Assembly (NCBI GenBank): GCA_963514005.1
Contig: OY740798.1
Location: forward strand, 33,046,001-33,110,000
Direction of reading: 5' to 3'
Origin: Raja brachyura
Taxonomy: Eukaryota
DNA length: 64,000 nt
Below, piece after piece: positions 50,064 through 63,839 of the stretch (its first letter is position 1; each line of letters opens with the position of its first letter). The notes beneath the pieces were generated by a model. That model was given only the letters and a program-made list of their open reading frames with translations, was not told where the DNA came from and searched no databases. Both the position numbers and the translations under genes were made by a program.

Positions 50064-50130
50064 GCCTATCTCCTTCGCTCCATAGATGCTACTGCACCCG
50101 CTGAGTTTCTCCAGCATTTTGTATACCCTC

Positions 50131-50960
50131 AAGTAAGTAAGTTTATTGGCCAAGTATTCACATACAAGGAATTTGCCTTGGTGCTCCGCTCACAAGTAAC
50201 ATAATTACATACAGCGACAGTTACGAATGACTCAGAAAAACACTAAACATTAATAATAATAATAATAAGACATTAATGATAAAACACCATTGATCAAGCA
50301 TGTGAACCAACAAAATACCAGATCAAAGGGAGGCTACAGATATTTGGCTGTTGAGTAGAGCTACTACTCGTGGATAAAAAGTGCTTTTATGTCTGGCTGT
50401 GGCAGCTTTGACAATCCAGAGTCGCCTTCCAGAGGGAAGTGATTCAAAGAGTTTGTGGCCAGGGTGAGAGGGGTCAGAGATGATCTTGCCCGCTCGCTTC
50501 CTGGCCCTTGCAGTGTACAGTTCATCAATGGAGGGAAGGTTGCAGCCAATAACCTTCTCTGCTGATCGGACGATTCGCTGCAGCCTCCAGGTGTCGTGCT
50601 TGGTGGCTGAGCCAAACCAGACCATGATGGAGAAGGTGAGAATAGACTCTACGATGGCCGTGTAGAATTGGACCATCATTGCCTGTGGCAGATTGTGCTT
50701 CCTCAGCTGCTGTACATCCTCTGTTGAGCCTTTTTGACTGTGGAGTCGATGGTAGCCCCCCACTTAAGGTCCTTGGAGATGATGGTTCCCAGGAACGTAA
50801 AAGACTCCACAGATATGACTGTGGTGTTGTTGATGGTGAGTGGGTTGAGGGGAGGTGGGCTCTCCTAAAGTCTACAATCAATTCCACTGTCTTAAGAGTA
50901 TTGAACTCTAGGTTGTTGCTGCGACACCAGGACGCCAGCTGTGACACTTCCTGTCTGTAG
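50131..50960 (-). mobile_element. Rex1/Babar-like LINE 3' portion with (TTAC)n tail
   Basis: WCRSNNLEFNTLKTVELIVDFRR and FYTAIVESILTFSIMVWFG..DPSHPGH..LPSGRR motifs; frameshifted. Confidence 0.82.
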
Positions 50961-51019
50961 GCAGAAAGGAGAGTCCTTTTATTCTGAGGCTCTGCCCTCT
51001 GATCCTAGACTCTCCAATG

Positions 51020-51390
51020 AGGTAGATAGTAGTTCAGCACTGCTCTCTGGTCGTGGTAGGATGATTCAATTGCCTGATAATAGCTGGGAAGAATCTGTCC
51101 CTGAATCTGGAGGAGTATGTTTGGGAGTGGGGAGAAAAGGGAATGTCCAGAGTGTCCTTAATTAAGCTGCGGGCCTTGCCGAGGCAGTGTGAGGTATAAA
51201 TGGAGTAAATGGAAGGGAAGTTGGTTTGTGTGATGGTCTGGGCTGCGTCCCCAATTCTCTGCAATTTCTTGTGGTGTTAGATGGAGCAGTTCCAAAACCA
51301 AGCTGTGATGCTTCCTGATAATATGCTTTCTATGGTGCACCCGTAGAAGTTGGTGAGAGTTGTAGGGGACATGCCAAACTTCCTAAGGAA
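51020..51390 (-). mobile_element. Rex1/Babar-like LINE fragment
   Basis: LQRI..AAQTITQTNFPSI..IYTS motif; related to 55830-56350. Confidence 0.7.
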
Positions 51391-51798
51391 GTTGAGTTTA
51401 TTGTCATGTGCACCAGTACAATGAGGTACAGGTACAATGAAAATCTTGCTTGCAGCCCCATCACAGCCATATAGTCACATGTAAAACCCTTGTCGGTCAA
51501 ACTAATCTGAACTCCAGTTACACTTCTCCACCCAACACCCATTTGTGATGAGTCCGCCTCCTGGGGACTATACCAGATCCCTGAGCTCCTGATACCACCC
51601 CCTTCAATCTGAAGAAGGGTCTCGACCCAAATCGTCACCTATTACTTTTCTCCAGAGATGCTGCCTCACCCAGTGAGTTGCTCCAGCTCTTTGTGTCCAT
51701 ATCCAGCTCTGTGTGTAAACCAGAATCTGCAATTCCTTCCTTCACATGGATAGATGACGTTTTGGATCGGGACTTTTCTTCGGACTTTTCAGACTATT

Positions 51799-51987
51799 AA
51801 TAGACAATAGACAATAGACAATTGACAATAGGTGCATGAGTAGGCCATTTGGCCCTTCGAGCCAGCACCACCATTCAACGTGATCATGGCTGATCTTCAC
51901 CAATCCGTACCCCGCTCCTGCCTTCTCCCCATATCCCCTGACTCCGCTATTTTTAAGACCCCGATCTAGCTCTCTCTTGAAAGCATC
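51799..51987 (-). mobile_element. CR1 3' terminus with (TATTGTC)n tail, co-oriented with and downstream of the ETNPPL retrocopy
   Basis: DAFKRELDRGLKNSGVRGYGEKAG; close match to 21099-21271. Confidence 0.88.
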
Positions 51988-52241
51988 AATGTACATCATG
52001 TACATAACCTGAGGATAAATAAATCATCTTAATATATACTGCCTCAAATTGCTTGTAAACAAAGGTCTATTATTATTGTCTTTTTCCTCGACAAATATTC
52101 CATTCAATATTACGCAACTAATCAAGAGTTTGAACCATGATACACCATTTAGAACAAAACAAAATGTATTTATGGAAAACTGACGAGAATAGAGAATGTA
52201 CTTATGGAATCTAATGAAGAGGGAGATGCACAGGATAGACA

Positions 52242-52580
<339 letters not shown>

Positions 52581-52759
52581 TTGAGATGTCTTCCCAGGCA
52601 ATTCCAGGCCCATATATTTTCTTTCAGTGGATACAAAACAATCCATACTTCTTAATCCAACTAATGTCAGTCCTAAAGCTGCCAAGAGTTCTTTATTGAT
52701 TTTGAAAGATGTGATCCCAGAGATGCTGGCACAACACCCTCACCTGTCCAGTTTAATTT

Positions 52760-53406
52760 TTATAGTTTAGAGATACAGCATGGAAACAGTCCCTTTGGCC
52801 CACAAAGCCCATGCCGCCCAACGATCCCCGTACACTAACACACTAGGGACAATTTACAATTCTTACTGAACCCAATTAACCTGCAAACCTGTAGGTCTTT
52901 GGAGAGTGGTAGGAAACCGGAGCAACCCACGTGGTCATAGGGAGAACGTACAAACTCCGTACAGATAGCACCCTCAGTCAGGTTCGAACCTGGGTCTCTG
53001 GCACTGTTGGGCAACAACTCTACCGTTGCACCACTGTGCCGCCTTTATTGGGAGAAGGTGGAAGCAGTGCCCACACAGCGGCATCGTTGTGCAACTGGTA
53101 GAGCTGCTGCCTCAGTGCACCAGAGACCCGGGTTCAATCCTGACCTCGGGGGGGGGGGGGGCTAACTGTGAAATTTGCACGTTCTCACCAATGATTGTGT
53201 GGCTTTCCCCTGGGTGCTCCGGTTTCCTCCCACATCCCAAAGATTTGGGGATTTGTCGATTCATTGGACTCTGTAACTTGCCCTTAGTGTATAAGGAGTG
53301 GATGAGAAAGTAGGATAACATAGCACAAGCGTGAACAGGTGATTGATGACTGGTGTGAACTTGATGGGCCAAAGGAATGGTTTCCATGCTGTATGTCTAA
53401 ACTAAA
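52760..53406. mobile_element. Head-to-head pair of HE1-type SINEs
   Basis: Minus copy ~52760-53043 and plus copy ~53077-53406. Confidence 0.8.
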
Positions 53407-53989
53407 TCCCCTCTGCTGGAATTTAATATGCAATAAATACATGGAAATCTTAGGCTCGACTCTTACTGCCATCTCCCTGAATAACCAATCAAATCGTCAA
53501 TAACCAGGTTTGAAGGGATTTATTTTTAGGAATCAATTGAAAAGTTGTCGTTTATTTAATGTCTGAAGGACATATGAAATCAGTGACACCATTTCCAACC
53601 TCAAATATGCATCACGTTGGTGTTGGAGAGCCCTTTTTGCACCATTTTGCAGACAGCATGCAGGAACATGGCTACTCATGTGTTGACCTTTAAGAGCTTA
53701 ATTCTGAGTGTGTGTGCCAGTGATGTAAACAGCATTTTAATTCCACGTATACCTCACTGTCCTTGTGCATATGCCAATACACAACTTGAAATCAGCATTG
53801 GAGGAGAAAGAGCATGGTCATGAAGATTTGGCCTTTGTTGACATATTGCCCAAGATGGAAGTATAATTGATCAAAACACAAAGTGCTGGAGAAACGTAGC
53901 AGGTCAGGCAGCAAACCAGGCGACGTTTCAGTATGAAGAAGGGTCTTGACCCAAAACGTTGTCCGTCAATTTCTCCAACAGCTACTTGA

Positions 53990-54575
<586 letters not shown>

Positions 54576-55330
54576 AGACGTGCAGCATGAAAAGAATTGA
54601 AAGAATTTATCATTCTAGAGCACCGTAAGCCAAAAGAAACATAAAATGTTTTCAAAGTAATTCAGAGTTTTGATTGAGAAACAATGAGGAAACTATTTTC
54701 AATGGCAGAATATTCAGTAACCATGGGACACAGAAGTAACTGCCAGAAGATTCAAAGGTGAATAAAGGTGATTTATTTTGTAATGCAGTGAGTTGCCATA
54801 ATCTGGCATCACTGTCTGAAAGGGAGTTGCAAGTAAATTCAGTAATAACTCCCATGAGGGAATCAGACCAGTTTCAAAAGCAAGGAAAATTACCGGGCAA
54901 TGCGGAATGGGTGAAGCAGGGCACCAATCAGCTGGCACAAACATAATGACAAAGTGGCCTCTTTCAGTGATAGGAAGGAACTGCAGACGCTGGTTTATAA
55001 AATAGACACAAAGTGTTGGAGTAACTAAATGGGTAATGCAGCAACTCTGAAGAAAAAGAATAGGTGACGTTTCGGGTCGGGATCCTTCTTCAGACGATCT
55101 CTGATTTGCATGGGAGCCTTGGTCATTCAGAGCACCTACTAACTCTGGACTTGTGGGTTTTGTAATCTGGATAGCGGGAAACACTTGCTAGGCCCGAAGA
55201 GAGACTAATTGTGGGACAAAAATAACTTTTGAACAGTTAAGGAAAAATAAAAATCTCTTAGTGAATTGTGCCTGCCCTGCTAATTAAGTGACTTGGTCAG
55301 TGATTACCGTCTAACCCTTTATCACCTCAG

Positions 55331-55387
55331 AACATTGGCCTTGCCTCGCTAGGAGCCACGGAAGAGGAAATTGAAAAGCTTTCCACG
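55331..55387 (+). CDS. th: TH exon 10 (NIGLASLGATEEEIEKLST)
   Basis: CTCAG acceptor, GTGAG donor, 57 nt. Confidence 0.95.
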
Positions 55388-55543
55388 GTGAGTTTTACCA
55401 CGTACATGCCTACGTGTAAATCATGTTGCGTTTGATATAATTTTAATGGAAAATGTAAATTGACAGACAACTCCCAAACTTACGTTAATTGTGTCAAGTA
55501 GGGAAAAGTAGAGTAATTGTTTACTGAAATCTGCCTCTTGCAG

Positions 55544-55639
55544 CTTTACTGGTTCACTGTGGAGTTTGGACTATGCAAGCAAAATGGAGAAGTTAGAGCA
55601 TATGGAGCTGGCCTGCTCTCGTCCTACGGTGAACTCATT
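55544..55639 (+). CDS. th: TH exon 11 ([32 protein letters not shown])
   Basis: TTGCAG acceptor, GTAAGT donor, 96 nt; iron-binding Glu. Confidence 0.96.
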
Positions 55640-55829
55640 GTAAGTGAAAAATGTGGATTATAAATATCTTTATTTATTCCGGATTACTCTCTTCAATTTA
55701 CAGGGAGATTTTCTTTGGTGAAATTGCTTTTCCGGTTTGAGGGTCTGCTTTTGACCACGTCTCTCTTGAAAGAATAATGTGATTAGCAGCGACTGGCAGA
55801 CAGTCTTCAGATACCTTGCCTCAATTGTT

Positions 55830-56350
55830 GAGTTAAAGTTGAGTTTAGTTTATTGCCACGTGTACGGAGGTACAGTGAAATGCTTTTGTTACGCGCTGAC
55901 CAGTCAGCAGAAAGACAATACATGATTATAATCGAGGCATTCACAGTGTACAGACACATGACAAGGGAATAATGTGAATAACGTGTAGTTCAAGATAAAG
56001 TCCAGTAAAGTCCGATGAAACATAGTCCGAGGGTCTCCAATGGGGTAATTAGTTGCTCCGACTCCTCTCTAGTTGTTGGTTGGATGGTTCAGTTGCCAGA
56101 TAACAGCTGAGAAGAAACTGTCCAGAATCTGGAGGTGTGTGTTTTCACACTTCTATACCTTTTGCCTGATGGGAAAGGGAAGAAAAGGGAGTGGCCAGGG
56201 TGCGACCGGTTCTTGGTTATGCTGGTGGCATTTCCGAGGCAGCGTGAAGTGTAAATGGAGTCAATGGAAGTGAGGTTGGTTTGTGTGATGGTCTGGGCTG
56301 CGCCCACAATTCTCTGCAATTTCTTGCGGTCTTGGATGGAGCTGTTCCAA
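55830..56350 (-). mobile_element. Rex1/Babar-like LINE 3' fragment
   Basis: LQRIVGAAQTITQTNLTSIDSIYTSRC..SHPGHSLF..PSGKRYRS plus 3' UTR. Confidence 0.78.
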
Positions 56351-57657
56351 TGCCAATGGGTAGCTCAAAGCGCTACAATGCTGAGAACTATCTCTACAAT
56401 GCTGAGAACTATATTCAGCACTCTGTACATTTGCTATTGCTCTAGCAATTGTACCTGAGTTTCATTTGATTGTATTTAGTTTAGTTTAGAGACACAGCGT
56501 GGACACAGGCCCTTCGGCCCACAGAATCCCTGTCAACCAACGATCACCCGCATACTGACTCAATGATATCCCAACTTCGCATTTTGCACACAAGGCAATT
56601 TACAGAAGCCAATTAACCTACAAACCTGCACGTCATTGGAGAGTAGGAGGAAACCGGAGCACCTGGAGAAAACCCACGTGGTTACAGGGAGAACGTACAA
56701 ACTCCGCACAGACTGCACGCGTTGTCAGGATCAAACCTGGGTTTCTGTTACTATCTTACTATCTGATCTGGTAGGATAGCATGCAAATCATATCCTTTCA
56801 CTGTACCTCATTGCGTGTGACAATAAGCCTAAGCGTAAACCTAAAGTGCCAGCATGGATGGTGCTGTTTCTCATCATTATAAATACATTTTTGAAGAGTC
56901 TATGGAAAGGAAGGCGGATGAGGGGCGGAGGCTTTGAATATTAAGTTCTATGGTTACGGTCCTATCACTTGGCACAAGCCCAGTGCCAGCTGTTTTAGTG
57001 ATAGAAGGCACCGTCATCTCCTAGCGCAGCACGGTGATGCAGCGGTAGAGTTGCTGCCTTACAGCACCAGAGACCTGGGATCGATCCTGACTACGGGTGC
57101 TGTCTGTACGGAGTTTGCACATTCTCACTGTGACTGTTTGGGGAGAGCAAAGAGGAAGATACAGAATGAACATGGGCTTTCTCCAGTTTCCTCCCACATC
57201 CCAAAGATGTGCAGGCTTGTTTGAGCATGGAACTGATATCTGGGTGATTGTTGGTCTGCATGGACTCAGTGGGTCGAACGGCCTGTTTCCATGCTGTATC
57301 TCTAAACTAAACTGAACTAATTTGTGTAGGATATGCAAAGTACATGTTATTTCATGTGGCAGTCATTCACACTGTGGGTAATAAAACATCAAGAGAAAGA
57401 TCAATGGCAGGTTTCAACCCATGAAGACCTGGCTTCAATGCTGAAAGAAGTTCAGTGAGTTCACATCTCTATAGTTGTTCATTACCTTCACATACACACA
57501 CTGTTCAACATGCCATTCACTGTCAGCCTAATGCCTATCATGGTTGAATGTCTGTCAATGTATTGAAACTGTTGTGCCTGGAGCAATTCTAAGTGGGTGA
57601 AAGTACAGGATTATTTATTTGGAGTGCTGGTTGATAGAGATCTCTGGTAGATGAGTA

Positions 57658-57745
57658 CAGTAAACCCTTGTTATAATGGACCATAGTGGGGGGAATGGTG
57701 TCCATTGTTGCCGATTGTCCACTATTACTGAGTAAGGGTTTTTTT
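57658..57745 (+). mobile_element. Possible Tc1/mariner (Tigger-like) left end
   Basis: TA|CAGTAAACCCTTGTTATAA start; matching right end not found. Confidence 0.35.
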
Positions 57746-57984
57746 CCCCGATGACATTACTGCCCGGGCGCCGTGTCGAAATTAGACCTCCCTTACCATG
57801 CCGGCAGCACCTTGGGCTGGGAAAGGGCAGTACCTGCTGCCCCTGATTCCCACATTCAGATATTGAGCGTAAAATGGGAGGTGTGGGGCATTGGGGTGAC
57901 GGTGTGGCGGGGCGAGGAAACCCTGTTCCGTTCTAAGTGAGACTCGCATGACCAAATGGCCGCTCAGAGTTCAGGATGAAAAGA

Positions 57985-58275
57985 TACAGTGGTGCAGTGG
58001 TAGAGTTGCTGCCTTACAGCACCAGAGCCCCGGGTTCTATACTGACTATGAGTGCTGTGTGTACAGAGTTCTTTCTTTCCCCTTGTGACTGCGTGGCTTT
58101 CTCTTGGTGCTCCAGTTTCCTCCCACACTCCTAAGACATGCAGGTTTGTAGGTTAATTAGCTTCTGTAAATTGTAAATTGTCCCTAGTGCTTATGATAGT
58201 GCTAGTGTACGAGGTGATCTCAGGTCGGCGCAGACTCACTGAGCCGAAGGGGCATTTTCCGTGCTCTATCTCTAA
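57985..58275 (+). mobile_element. HE1-type SINE
   Basis: Head, central domain and tail as in the other copies. Confidence 0.8.
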
Positions 58276-58466
58276 GGTTTTCAAGAGAGAGTTAGATTTA
58301 GCTCTTAGGGCTAATGGAATCAAGGGATATGGGGGAAAAAGCAAGAACGGGACACTGATTTTGGATGATCAGCCATGATCATGTCAAGGCCTACTCCTGC
58401 ACCTATTTTCTATGTTTCTAAGTCTAATGATTTTTGCCAGGCACTGACTGAATGATTTGTACACAG

Positions 58467-58600
58467 CATGCCCTCTCCAATGAGCCTGAGATACGGGAGT
58501 TCGACCCTGTGGCAGCATCAATCCAGCCCTATCAAGATCAGACGTACCAGCCGGTGTATTTTGTATCTGAAAGTTTCAATGACGCTAAAGACAAACTGAG
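58467..58600 (+). CDS. th: TH exon 12 ([45 protein letters not shown])
   Basis: ACAG acceptor, GTAAG donor, 134 nt; carries the Asp equivalent to the rat TH D425 specificity residue. Confidence 0.96.
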
Positions 58601-59302
58601 GTAAGAAACTATTGTCAAATGCATGATGTAATGCAGGAACCCATGCACTGTAGTCTCAGTGACCCATAGAACATGATCATAAGCTCTAGGAGCAGAATAA
58701 GGCCATTCGGCCTATCAAGTCTACTCTGCCATTCAATCATGGCTGATCTATCTTTCCCTCTCATCCCCATTCTCCTGCCTTCTCCCCCCATAACCCAGAC
58801 ACACTTACTAATCACAAATATGTCTATCTCTGCCTTAATAATTCCACCTATATACCTCCCTCTAGTTTCATATTTCACTCCTCTTCTCTTCTTATCTGAC
58901 ACCCTTTTGTCTCCTTTCCATCTCTAGCCTTTGCCCACCCATCCCTGAGTCTACCCCTCTTCACCTGTATTCACCTATCATATGACAGACTTTGTCCTGT
59001 CCCCATCTCTCCTCCAGTTTTCTCCCCCATAATACAATCAGTCTGAAGAAGGGTCCTGACCCGAAGCATCACCTGTACACACATACCCTCCACAGATACT
59101 GTCTAACCCATTGAGTTCCTCCAGCACTTTGTGTTTTGCTCTGGAACATGAAGGTGGCTTTGATAAATGAAAGTGGCTATGAGACTTCATAATACAATGG
59201 CACACCAGGGAAACTTAAAAAATGGAAAGATCCAGCTAGTTTCCCAATGAGGAAGGAAATTTGCCATCCTTACCTGTAGTCCTTTAAGACATGGCTGACT
59301 TG

Positions 59303-60882
59303 TTTGACACTTTGAAGAATTACAGGAGAAATATCATTTGAAAGCTACTGATTTTTTTAGATATCTTCAAATCCGAGACAATGCGAAAACACACACACAC
59401 AAGACTGTCATTCTATGGGCCCAGATATATTAGACGAACGCATGAATAGAAAGGCGGATACAAGTAAGTTAATATCCTACATTTACAATACCCTTTTAAC
59501 TGCACATATCCCATCTTCTGAAATGATTAGGCGAGCATGGGAAGATGAATTGGGTTTACTAATCTCAAAGGATAGTTGGGAGGAAAGCCTTTTATACATA
59601 AATTATTGCTCTCTTAATGTTAGGCACTCCCTGATACAATTTAAAATACTGCACAGACTCTATCTCAAAGTCCAAATTGAACAAGATCTTCCCAAATGTC
59701 TCTCCTATTTGTGATAAATGCCTCCTCCAAGAAGCGACTACAACCCATTCTCTTGCTGCCTGCACAAAGTTACAAAACTTCTGGAGGGGAATATTTAATA
59801 CCTTTTCCAAAATACTTAAAACTAAATTGGACCCAAATATAAAATTGATCATATTATGTATGTCAGAGGCCTGTTCTAAGCTAAATTTTGGCCTAATAAT
59901 GGCGAAAAAATTAATACTTAAATCTTGGAAACAGACAACAGTCCCTACAGTGAAGATGTGGATTACAGATATGTCCGAGACACTACACTTGGACAACATT
60001 AGGCTTGTTTTGGCGGAAACACCAGATCAATTTCTTAAGACATGGACATCCTTTACTGAATTTTTACAACAATAGTATGGTGAAACACAAATTTAAATTT
60101 AAATCCGAAGCTATGATGGGTGAGGGGGCGGGGGGAGGGGCAAGGTATATCTCCATCTTTTCTTTTCTTATTCCTTTTTATCTCTGCTGCAAAGCTTTGG
60201 TAGCTTAGGGGTCTTTTTCTTGTTCTTTTTTATTTTATCTCTTCATTTTTTCTTTTCTTCTTTTCTTGCTTTCCCTTTTTTCCTTTTTTCTTTTTTTTAA
60301 TGTAGGTTATAAGGTTAAAAATGAAACTGTACAATAATTGTATAGAACATAGAACATAGAAAATAGGTGCAGGAGTAGGCCATTCGGCCCATCGAGCCTG
60401 CACCGCCATTCAATGTGATCATGGCTGATCATCCAACTCAGTATCCCGTACCTGCCTTCTCTCCATACCCCCTGATCCCTTTAGCCACAAGTGCCACATC
60501 TAACGCCCTCTTAAATATAGCCAATGAACTGGCCTCAACTACCTTCTGTGGCAGAGAATTCCAGAGACTCACCACTCTCTGTGTAAAGAATGTTTTCCTC
60601 ATTTCGGTCCTAAAGGAATTACCCCTTATCCTTAGACTGTGACCCCTTGTTCTGGACTCCCCCAACATCGGGAACAATCTTCCAGCATCTAGCTTGTCCA
60701 ACCCCTTAAGAATTTTGTAAGTTTCTATAAGATCCCCCCTCAATCTTCTAAATTCCAGCGAGTACAAGCCGAGTCTATCCAATCTTTCCTCATATGAAAG
60801 TCCTGACATCCCAGGACTGATTGTAGATGCCGAGCATTTTATCCTTGTACAATTGCTTCTAATAAAAATATATTAGAAAAAA
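59303..60882 (+). mobile_element. 5'-truncated L1-clade LINE with 17-bp target-site duplication, interrupted by a CR1 3' fragment
   Basis: IQFKILHRLY and CDKC..H..C zinc knuckle, T-rich 3' UTR, AATAAA 60861-60866, A-tail; AAGACATGGCTGACTTG at 59286-59302 and 60883-60899. Confidence 0.9.
60342..60815 (-). mobile_element. Young CR1 3' fragment nested in the L1 3' UTR
   Basis: Encoded peptide identical to the C-terminus of ORF 62581-63597; (TTCTATG)n tail. Confidence 0.92.
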
Positions 60883-60933
60883 AAGACATGGCTGACTTGG
60901 AATTTCAATGGTTCAATGGTACCTCATTGTCAT

Positions 60934-63694
60934 ATTGTGAATATTCAAGTGAATATTCAATATTCAGGAGGAATAGACGAAAAGGAAAAGGAGGTGGGAT
61001 AGCGTTGCTGGTGAGAGAGGAGATTAATGCAATAGAAAGGAAGGACATTAGCGTGGAGGATGTGGAATCGATATGGGTAGAGCTGCGAAACTCTAAGGGG
61101 CAGAAAACGCTAGTGGGAGCTGTGTACAGGCCACCTAACAGTAGTATTGGAGTTGGGGATGGCATCAAACAGGAAATTAGAAATGCGTGCAACAAGGGTA
61201 ACACGGTTATAATGGGTGACTTCAATCTGCATGTAGATTGGGTGAATCAAATTGGCAGGGGTGCTGAGGAAGAGGATTTCCTGGAATGTATGCGGGATAG
61301 TTTTCTCAACCAACATGTGGAGGAACCAACGAGAGAGCAGGCTATTCTAGACTGGGTATTGAGTAATGAGGAAGGGTTAGTTAGCAGTCTTGTTGTGCGT
61401 GGCCCCTTGGGCAAGAGTGACCATAATATGGTTGAGTTCTTCATTAGGATGGAGAGTGACAAAATTAAGTCAGAAACAAGGGTTCTGAACTTGAACAAAG
61501 GTAACTTTGAAGGTATGAGATGTGAATTGGCCAAGAAAGACTGGCAGGTGACTCTTAAAGGGTTGACAGTGGATGTGCAATGGAAAGTATTTAAAGACTG
61601 CATGGATGAAGTACAAAAGTTGTTCATACCAGTTTGGCAAAAGAATAAATCGGGGAAGGTGGTGCATCCATGGATAACAAGGGAAATCAGGGATAGTATA
61701 AAAACAAAAGATGAGGCATACAAATTTGCCAGAAAAAGCAGCCTACCGGAGGACTGGGAGAAATTCAGAATGCAGCAGAGGAGGACAAAGGGCTTAATTA
61801 GGAAAGGGAAAATAGATTATGAAAGGAAACTGGCAGGGAACATAACAACTAACTGCAAAAGTTGTTATAGATATGTGAAGAGAAAGAGACTAGTTAAAAC
61901 AAATGTTGGTCCCTTGCAGTCAGAAACAGGTGAATTGATCATGGGGAACAAGGACATGGCAGACCAATTGAATAACTACTTTGGTTCTGTCTTCACTAAG
62001 GAAGACATAAATAATCTGCCGGAAATAGCAGTGGAACGGGGGTCAAATAAGATGGAGGAACTGAGTGAAATCCAGGTTAGCCGGGAGGTGGTGTTGGGTA
62101 AATTGAACGGATTGAAGGCCGATAAATCCCCAGGGCCAGATAGTCTGCATCCCAGAGTACTCAAGGAGGTAGCCACAGAAATAGTGGATGCATTAGTGAT
62201 AATTTTTCAAAATTCCTTAGATTCTGGAGTAGTTCCTGAGGATTGGAGGGTAGCTAATGTCACCCCACTTTTTAAAAAAGGAGGGAGAGAGAAAGCGGGG
62301 AATTACAGACCAGTTAGTCTAACATCGGTAGTGGGGAAACTGCTAGAGTCAGTTATTAAAGATGGGATAGCAGCGCATTTGGAAAGTGGTGAAATCATTG
62401 GACAAAGTCAGCATGGATTTACGAAAGGTAAATCATGTCTGACAAATCTGATAGAATTTTTCGAGGATGTAACTAGTAGAGTGGATAAGGGAGAACCAGT
62501 GGATGTGTTATATCTAGACTTTCAGAAGGCTTTCGACAAGGTCCCGCAAACTTAAAGCACACGGTATTGGGGGTTCAGTATTGATGTGGATAGAGAACTG
62601 GCTAGCAGACAGGAGGCAAAGGGTAGGAGTAAACGGGTCCTTTTCAGAATGGCAGGCAGTGACTAGTGGGGTGCCGCAAGGCTCAGTGCTGGGACCCCAG
62701 CTATTTACAATATATATTAATGATTTGGACGAGGGAATTCAATGCAACATCTCCAAATTTGCAGATGATACCAAGCTGGGGGGTATAGTTAGGTGTGAGG
62801 AGGATGCTTGGAGGCTGCAGGGTGATTTGGATAGGCTGAGTGAATGGGCAAATGCATGGCAGATGCAGTATAATGTGGATAAATGTGAGGTTATCCACTT
62901 TGGTGGCAAAAACATGAGGGTAGACTATTATCTGAATGGTGGCAGATTAGGAAAGGGGGAGATGCAACGAGACCTGGGTGTCATGGTACACCAGTCATTG
63001 AAAGTAGGCATGCAGGTGCAGCAGGCAGTGAAGAAAGCAAATGGTATGTTAGCATTCATAGCGAAAGGATTTGAGTATAGGAGCAGGGAGGTTCTACTGC
63101 AGTTGTACAGGGTTTTGGTGAGGCCACACCTGGAGTATTGCGTACAGTTTTGGTCTCCAAATCTGAGGAAAGACATCCTTGCCATAGAGGGGGTACAGAG
63201 AAGATTCACCAGACTGATTCCTGGGATGTCAGGACTTTCATATGAGGAAAGATTGGATAGACTCGGCTTGTACTCGCTGGAATTTAGAAGATTGAGGGGG
63301 GATCTTATAGAAACTTACAAAATTCTTAAGGGGTTGGACAAGCTAGATGCTGGAAGATTGTTCCCGATGTTGGGGGAGTCCAGAACAAGGGGTCACAGTC
63401 TAAGGATAAGGGGGAATTCCTTTAGGACCGAAATGAGGAAAACATTCTTTACACAGAGAGTGGTGAGTCTCTGGAATTCTCTGCCACAGAAGGTAGTTGA
63501 GGCCAGTTCATTGGCTATATTTAAGAGGGCGTTAGATGTGGCACTTGTGGCTAAAGGGATCAGGGGGTATGGAGAGAAGGCAGGTACGGGATATTGAGTT
63601 GGATGATCAGCCATGATCACATTGAATGGCGGTGCAGGCTCGAAGGGCCGAATGGCCTACTCCTGCACCTATTTTCTATGTTTCTATGTTTCTA
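60934..63694 (+). mobile_element. Young 5'-truncated CR1 LINE, near-complete ORF2 with one frameshifting deletion
   Basis: APE + RT (QGSVLGP, FADD) split at ~62548 (DKVP..LKAHG deletion); (TTTCTATG)n tail; possible duplication TGTCAT at 60928-60933 and 63695-63700. Confidence 0.95.
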
Positions 63695-63839
63695 TGTCAT
63701 GTGTACCTGAGTACAATTAAATTTATTTTTTTCGTACAGTTCATTGACAATCCAACTATACATTAGGTACATTCATACCATAGTTGACCACACTGAGTCT
63801 GTACACAAGAGTCACCATGTTTTAGGCACCATCTTGTAC

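Noticed and set aside
60888-62555. 555-aa ATG-initiated ORF as an active protein
   Set aside because: The ATG comes from the L1 target-site duplication, and the CR1 lacks its endonuclease N-terminus and is frameshifted near 62548.
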